The notes under the pieces: generated by a model | Told to the model about the DNA's origin: nothing | Seen by the model: only the letters and a program-made list of their open reading frames with translations | Database searches by the model: none | Assembly (NCBI GenBank): GCA_014360155.1 | Contig: JACIYB010000001.1 | Location: 1 to 61,272, forward strand | Source: Syntrophomonadaceae bacterium | GTDB lineage: Bacteria > Bacillota > Syntrophomonadia > Syntrophomonadales > Syntrophomonadaceae | Reading direction: 5' to 3' | Length of the DNA stretch: 61,272 bases | Made by a program: the position numbers and the translations under genes | In this document: positions 58,284 through 61,272 of the stretch, in pieces | How the letters are laid out: each line of letters starts with the position of its first letter | How positions within the stretch are numbered: the stretch's first letter is position 1

Positions 58284-58706
58284 TCAGCGGAGTTCCGAGT
58301 TTCCCAATATCTCAAAACCTTGTTCTGCAAAGTGGGGGTCGAAGGTGAAAGCCGTGTTTATGCCGCTGCGGCGCATTACCGCGAAGCTCACGCAGTCCAC
58401 AAGGCTCAAGCGCCGCCGGCCGGCGGCCAGAACAGCGTCCACTCCTGCAGCATGGAGGTCCGGCTCTACCCAGAACACTTTCAAGCCGGGATACACGTTT
58501 GTGCAGAAGAGGCGCAGCGCTTCCATTCCCAGGCGGCGCTGAATGACGGCACAGCTTTCGACAAGCACGTAACTGCTGATCACGAGAATTGTTCCTGTAC
58601 GGATGAGCTCTTTCCAGATGGAGGCTGCCTGGGCGTGGCAGCGGTCTGAAGCGTCCAGAACCGCCAGAAACGCGGAAGTATCGACGAACACCTTTTTAGC
58701 GGTCAC
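58284..58706 (-). CDS. vapC: PIN-domain toxin VapC
   Basis: Motifs VFVDTSAFLAVLD, YVLVES and LSLVDCVSFAVM (acidic PIN residues). It overlaps the upstream antitoxin by 11 nt. Confidence 0.85.
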   Translation of the reverse strand: MTAKKVFVDTSAFLAVLDASDRCHAQAASIWKELIRTGTILVISSYVLVESCAVIQRRLGMEALRLFCTNVYPGLKVFWVEPDLHAAGVDAVLAAGRRRLSLVDCVSFAVMRRSGINTAFTFDPHFAEQGFEILGNSELR

Positions 58707-58968
58707 TGTTCAACCCCTCCACTGTTTCGGCAAAGTAACGGTCGTGGTGTTTGGCCAGATCCCCAAGGCCGGACCTAAACTTGCCGACGACATCCAGCAT
58801 CCGTTCCACGCGGCCCTGCGGTTCTTTTTGCGCATATTCCTCCAGCAGTTGGTCTACCGCCCGGCGGATCAGTTCCGCTATAGAGACTTCTTCTTTAAGG
58901 CTAAGCTGCTTGAGAAGCGCTGCCTGTTTTTCCGTTAGTTGAACCTGAGTCCGCACCACTGATACCAA
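58696..58968 (-). CDS. vapB: Ribbon-helix-helix (CopG-like) antitoxin VapB
   Basis: TQVQLTEKQAALLKQLSLKEEVSIAELIRRAVDQLL is an RHH pattern. It sits upstream of and overlaps vapC. Confidence 0.75.
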   Translation of the reverse strand: MVSVVRTQVQLTEKQAALLKQLSLKEEVSIAELIRRAVDQLLEEYAQKEPQGRVERMLDVVGKFRSGLGDLAKHHDRYFAETVEGLNSDR

Positions 58969-59056
58969 CTCCTTTTCATATCATGATTTCATAATGGCAA
59001 TTACATGTTAGCATAGCACACAAATTTTTGCAAAAACAGTTTTTGTGTTTTACCTT

Positions 59057-59134
59057 AATTGATTTTTCCTCTCTAAGAATTTCCAGTACAATTTTGTTTT
59101 TGAATTCAGGTGAGTAGTGCTTCCGAACAGACAT
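59057..59134 (-). pseudogene. IS3-family OrfA N-terminal fragment
   Basis: MSVRKHYSPEFKNKIVLEILREEKSI lies inside track ORF 58976-59227. The rest of that ORF is not transposase-like. Confidence 0.55.
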
Positions 59135-59403
59135 TTGTATCTTAAGACCCCTAATTTCGTGTCTAAAATCTTGGGCCATTATAATATACTTCCAAAATCT
59201 CTCAGGTTTTCTACGGGAAAACATCATTCAGATATATATTTACAGTATATATTTACAGGCACCGGGCGCCAATTTTCTTTGCGTGACCGCAGGTTCTTAC
59301 AAAAGGGGGTATGTGGTGTCAGCAGCAAAAAAAAACGGAATTATTTCGTTTTTTGCTAGTAAAAACTAGGGGAAACTGCTCTTGAAAAATTTCAACAACG
59401 GTG

Positions 59404-60447
59404 TTACGCATCTATCCAATCGTTGAAGACTTTTATTTCGTCAAAATCCATTACCAAACATATTTGTTCCCGCTTATTGTTAAATCTCTCATTAGTAAAC
59501 AACAGCTTATTGTATCTACTTGTAAGACGCGACTCCTTGCGTGTTACAGCAATGACTCCTGCTACCTTGTGCGAAAAGGCAGAAGAAGCAAAAAATCCAT
59601 TCTCCCGTCTTCTCCATTGAGTTTTATTGTTACGACAAGTCACTACTTCATCTCCAAATACTGCCTCACCTAAATCAATCTTATGACGGCGCTCAGTACC
59701 TATCTCTATAGCAACTAAATTAATATTTTCATCATCTGTATTCCACTCAAATGCTTTTGCTGCGTTAATTAGACTGCGTCTGATCTGCTCCCTACCCTGT
59801 CCAGTAACATTTACAAAATTTAAATCTTCAGCAACACCCATGGTCAAACCTTGTAAGATAGCTTTATTGGGTTTCCAAAAGGTCAGCTTGGCTTTGATAC
59901 GACCAGAAGATAGATACGGATATTCGTTGTTATCGATACTGTCAGCCGCAACTTCAGACATAAATTCAATTAGTGTTTCAATATCTGAACAAGCAAAATC
60001 TTCGGATAAACTAAGCCCGAAAAATTTATTAACCGGGATTTTCCGTGCACGTTCTTTTATCTTCTCAATAATCTTTGATTGTCTATTCTCCCGTTCTGCT
60101 TTTGATAACCTTTTCATTTGAATCCAGAATGTTATGCCATTTTTACGTAGAACGAAGTCAGGAGGTCTCTTCAAAGTCCTTCCGTTGTATTCTTTAGGTT
60201 CATATAAAAGCGGAACATCGGCGGGATGTTTGTCAATGAGTTCATAAGCAAAATTATGTTCAGCAAATACATCCTCCACATTTCTATTGGCATTGGCTAA
60301 CCGTTTATTAAGCCGTGATAATCCCCTTTCCTCCAATGCCGCAATACGAGTAGCGAGCTCCTGTTTTTCTGTTTCCGATGCTTCATATCTTCTTATCCCT
60401 CCAAATATAGTAGTAGCTTTCTTAATAGCGTCGGCCATATTACTCAT
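59404..60447 (-). CDS. Hypothetical protein (347 aa from the ATG at 60447)
   Basis: A GGAAGGAGAG RBS lies 7 nt before the ATG (MSNMADAIKK). Low GC. There is a weak PD-x(n)-QxK-like motif (RPPDFVLRKNGITFWIQMKR). No family recognised. Confidence 0.6.
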   Translation of the reverse strand: MSNMADAIKKATTIFGGIRRYEASETEKQELATRIAALEERGLSRLNKRLANANRNVEDVFAEHNFAYELIDKHPADVPLLYEPKEYNGRTLKRPPDFVLRKNGITFWIQMKRLSKAERENRQSKIIEKIKERARKIPVNKFFGLSLSEDFACSDIETLIEFMSEVAADSIDNNEYPYLSSGRIKAKLTFWKPNKAILQGLTMGVAEDLNFVNVTGQGREQIRRSLINAAKAFEWNTDDENINLVAIEIGTERRHKIDLGEAVFGDEVVTCRNNKTQWRRRENGFFASSAFSHKVAGVIAVTRKESRLTSRYNKLLFTNERFNNKREQICLVMDFDEIKVFNDWIDA

Positions 60448-60511
60448 TAATAATCTCTCCTTCCCACCGCTTGACAAGAATGGCTCACTACCAGATTACT
60501 GTAGACCGTGA

Positions 60512-61012
60512 TCTCTTCAAGGGTTATTTGTCCGGGATGATGGCTTGGCCCGGCTAGTTGAGAACATAGTCAACCAGATACTCGATGCCCAAGCCGCCGA
60601 ACAACTGAAGGCCAGGCCCTACGAACGCACCGAAGAACGCCAGGGGTACCGCAACGGGCACCGGGATAAAGTACTTAAGCCGCGTGTAGGGAAACTTGCG
60701 CTTATGGTCCCCCGGCTGCGGCGCGGGCACTTCTCCACGGAGCTTTTCGAGCAGTACCGAAAGCGGCTGCGCACCACCAACGGGGTCGAACGGCTCAACC
60801 AGGAAATCCGCCGGCGGGAGCGGGTGATCCGAATCTTCCCTAACGAGGAGTCGGCTGTGAGGCTGAACGGGGCGGTGCTTGTGGAGATTGATGAGGCGTG
60901 GACTACAGGAAAGCGCTACTTTGATATGATAGAGTACTGGGAGTGGAAGGCTAACACGGAAAAACAGCACAAGGAAGTGACCAATGCCAATACTCAGGTA
61001 AATGTAGCTTAA
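60512..61012 (+). pseudogene. IS256-family (Mutator-type) transposase with a large internal deletion
   Basis: N-terminal motifs (LQGLFVRDDGLARLVENIVNQILDAQAAEQL, YERTEERQGYRNGHRDKVLKPRVGKLALMVPRLRRGHF) join directly to the C-terminal tail (TTNGVERLNQEIRRRERVIRIFPNEESAVRL). The DDE core is absent. Confidence 0.8.
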
Positions 61013-61049
61013 AACGGTGTGTTCTTATCTGCCCGAGGGAATTTACACA

Positions 61050-61272
61050 CAAATTTGGGCTTGACCTAACTACCAGGTCCAGCTTCTTACAGAGCTCTGA
61101 TACAGTGGACTTGGAAAATTCGGTGCCACATAGTTCTTCGGTAATCTGGGCTACTTTTCTGGTAGATACCCCGTTATTACCATTTCCATCAACGCCAGTA
61201 TCAGGGCCTGTTCACTGCGCTGATACCGGGCAAACATATCAGTGGAAAACTCACCATTTCTAATACGGGGAA
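61050..61272 (-). pseudogene. Second IS256-family transposase fragment (frameshifted; continues beyond the window)
   Basis: The reverse complement reads PRIRNGEFSTDMFARYQRSEQALILALMEM. A 1-nt frame change follows, then NGVSTRKVAQITEELCGTEFSKSTVSELCKKLD. Confidence 0.7.

Noticed and set aside
58320-58942. Four plus-strand ORFs (63-111 aa) opposite vapBC
   Set aside because: Long stop-free antisense frames are expected in GC-rich DNA. The minus-strand RHH/PIN pair explains the region.
59233-59258. 13-nt tandem repeat (tatatatttacag, two copies), plus a general search for CRISPR-like arrays
   Set aside because: There are only two units and no spacers. No regularly spaced repeat array exists anywhere in the window, so no CRISPR call is made.

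Overview
The window comes from a Firmicutes (Clostridia-type, spore-forming) chromosome and splits into two parts. Positions 1-27.5 kb are conserved housekeeping genes: the 3' end of sigA, four tRNAs, and then ylxM, ffh, rpsP, khpA, rimM, trmD, a SPOUT RNA methyltransferase, rplS, rbgA, a CapA-like protein, an OYE/FAD oxidoreductase, rnhB, a FliK-like/FlhB-C-like pair, yraN, nfo and folD. These are followed by a K+ channel, a PAS histidine kinase, a PAS-GGDEF-HD-GYP protein, recD2, comM/yifB, a peptidoglycan-binding protein and gerM. From about 27.6 kb to the window end lies an accessory island of more than 33 kb, with no right boundary in view. It contains, in order: (i) a degraded Mu/Tn552-like three-gene transposon; (ii) a translationally coupled RM-like operon of DUF499 ATPase, DUF3780-like protein, DUF1156 Zn-ribbon N6-methyltransferase and PLD-SNF2 helicase; (iii) a low-GC block with a Zn-ribbon protein and two NucS-like PD-(D/E)xK proteins, one frameshifted in a T9 tract; (iv) a tightly coupled operon with no methyltransferase, made of an unknown protein, a two-HKD PLD nuclease, an SNF2-like helicase and a PRiA4_ORF3 protein; (v) a DUF4268 nuclease-like gene; (vi) an IS graveyard with IS5-like, IS3 and IS256 fragments; (vii) a DUF4258/MqsA-like toxin-antitoxin pair whose toxin is broken by a 20-bp tandem duplication; (viii) two degenerate IscB-omegaRNA (IS200/IS605-type) elements in direct orientation around an aminotransferase gene; and (ix) a GC-rich vapBC pair. 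No CRISPR array or rRNA is present. All calls rest on reading motifs in the supplied translations and the DNA by eye; no database search was run.
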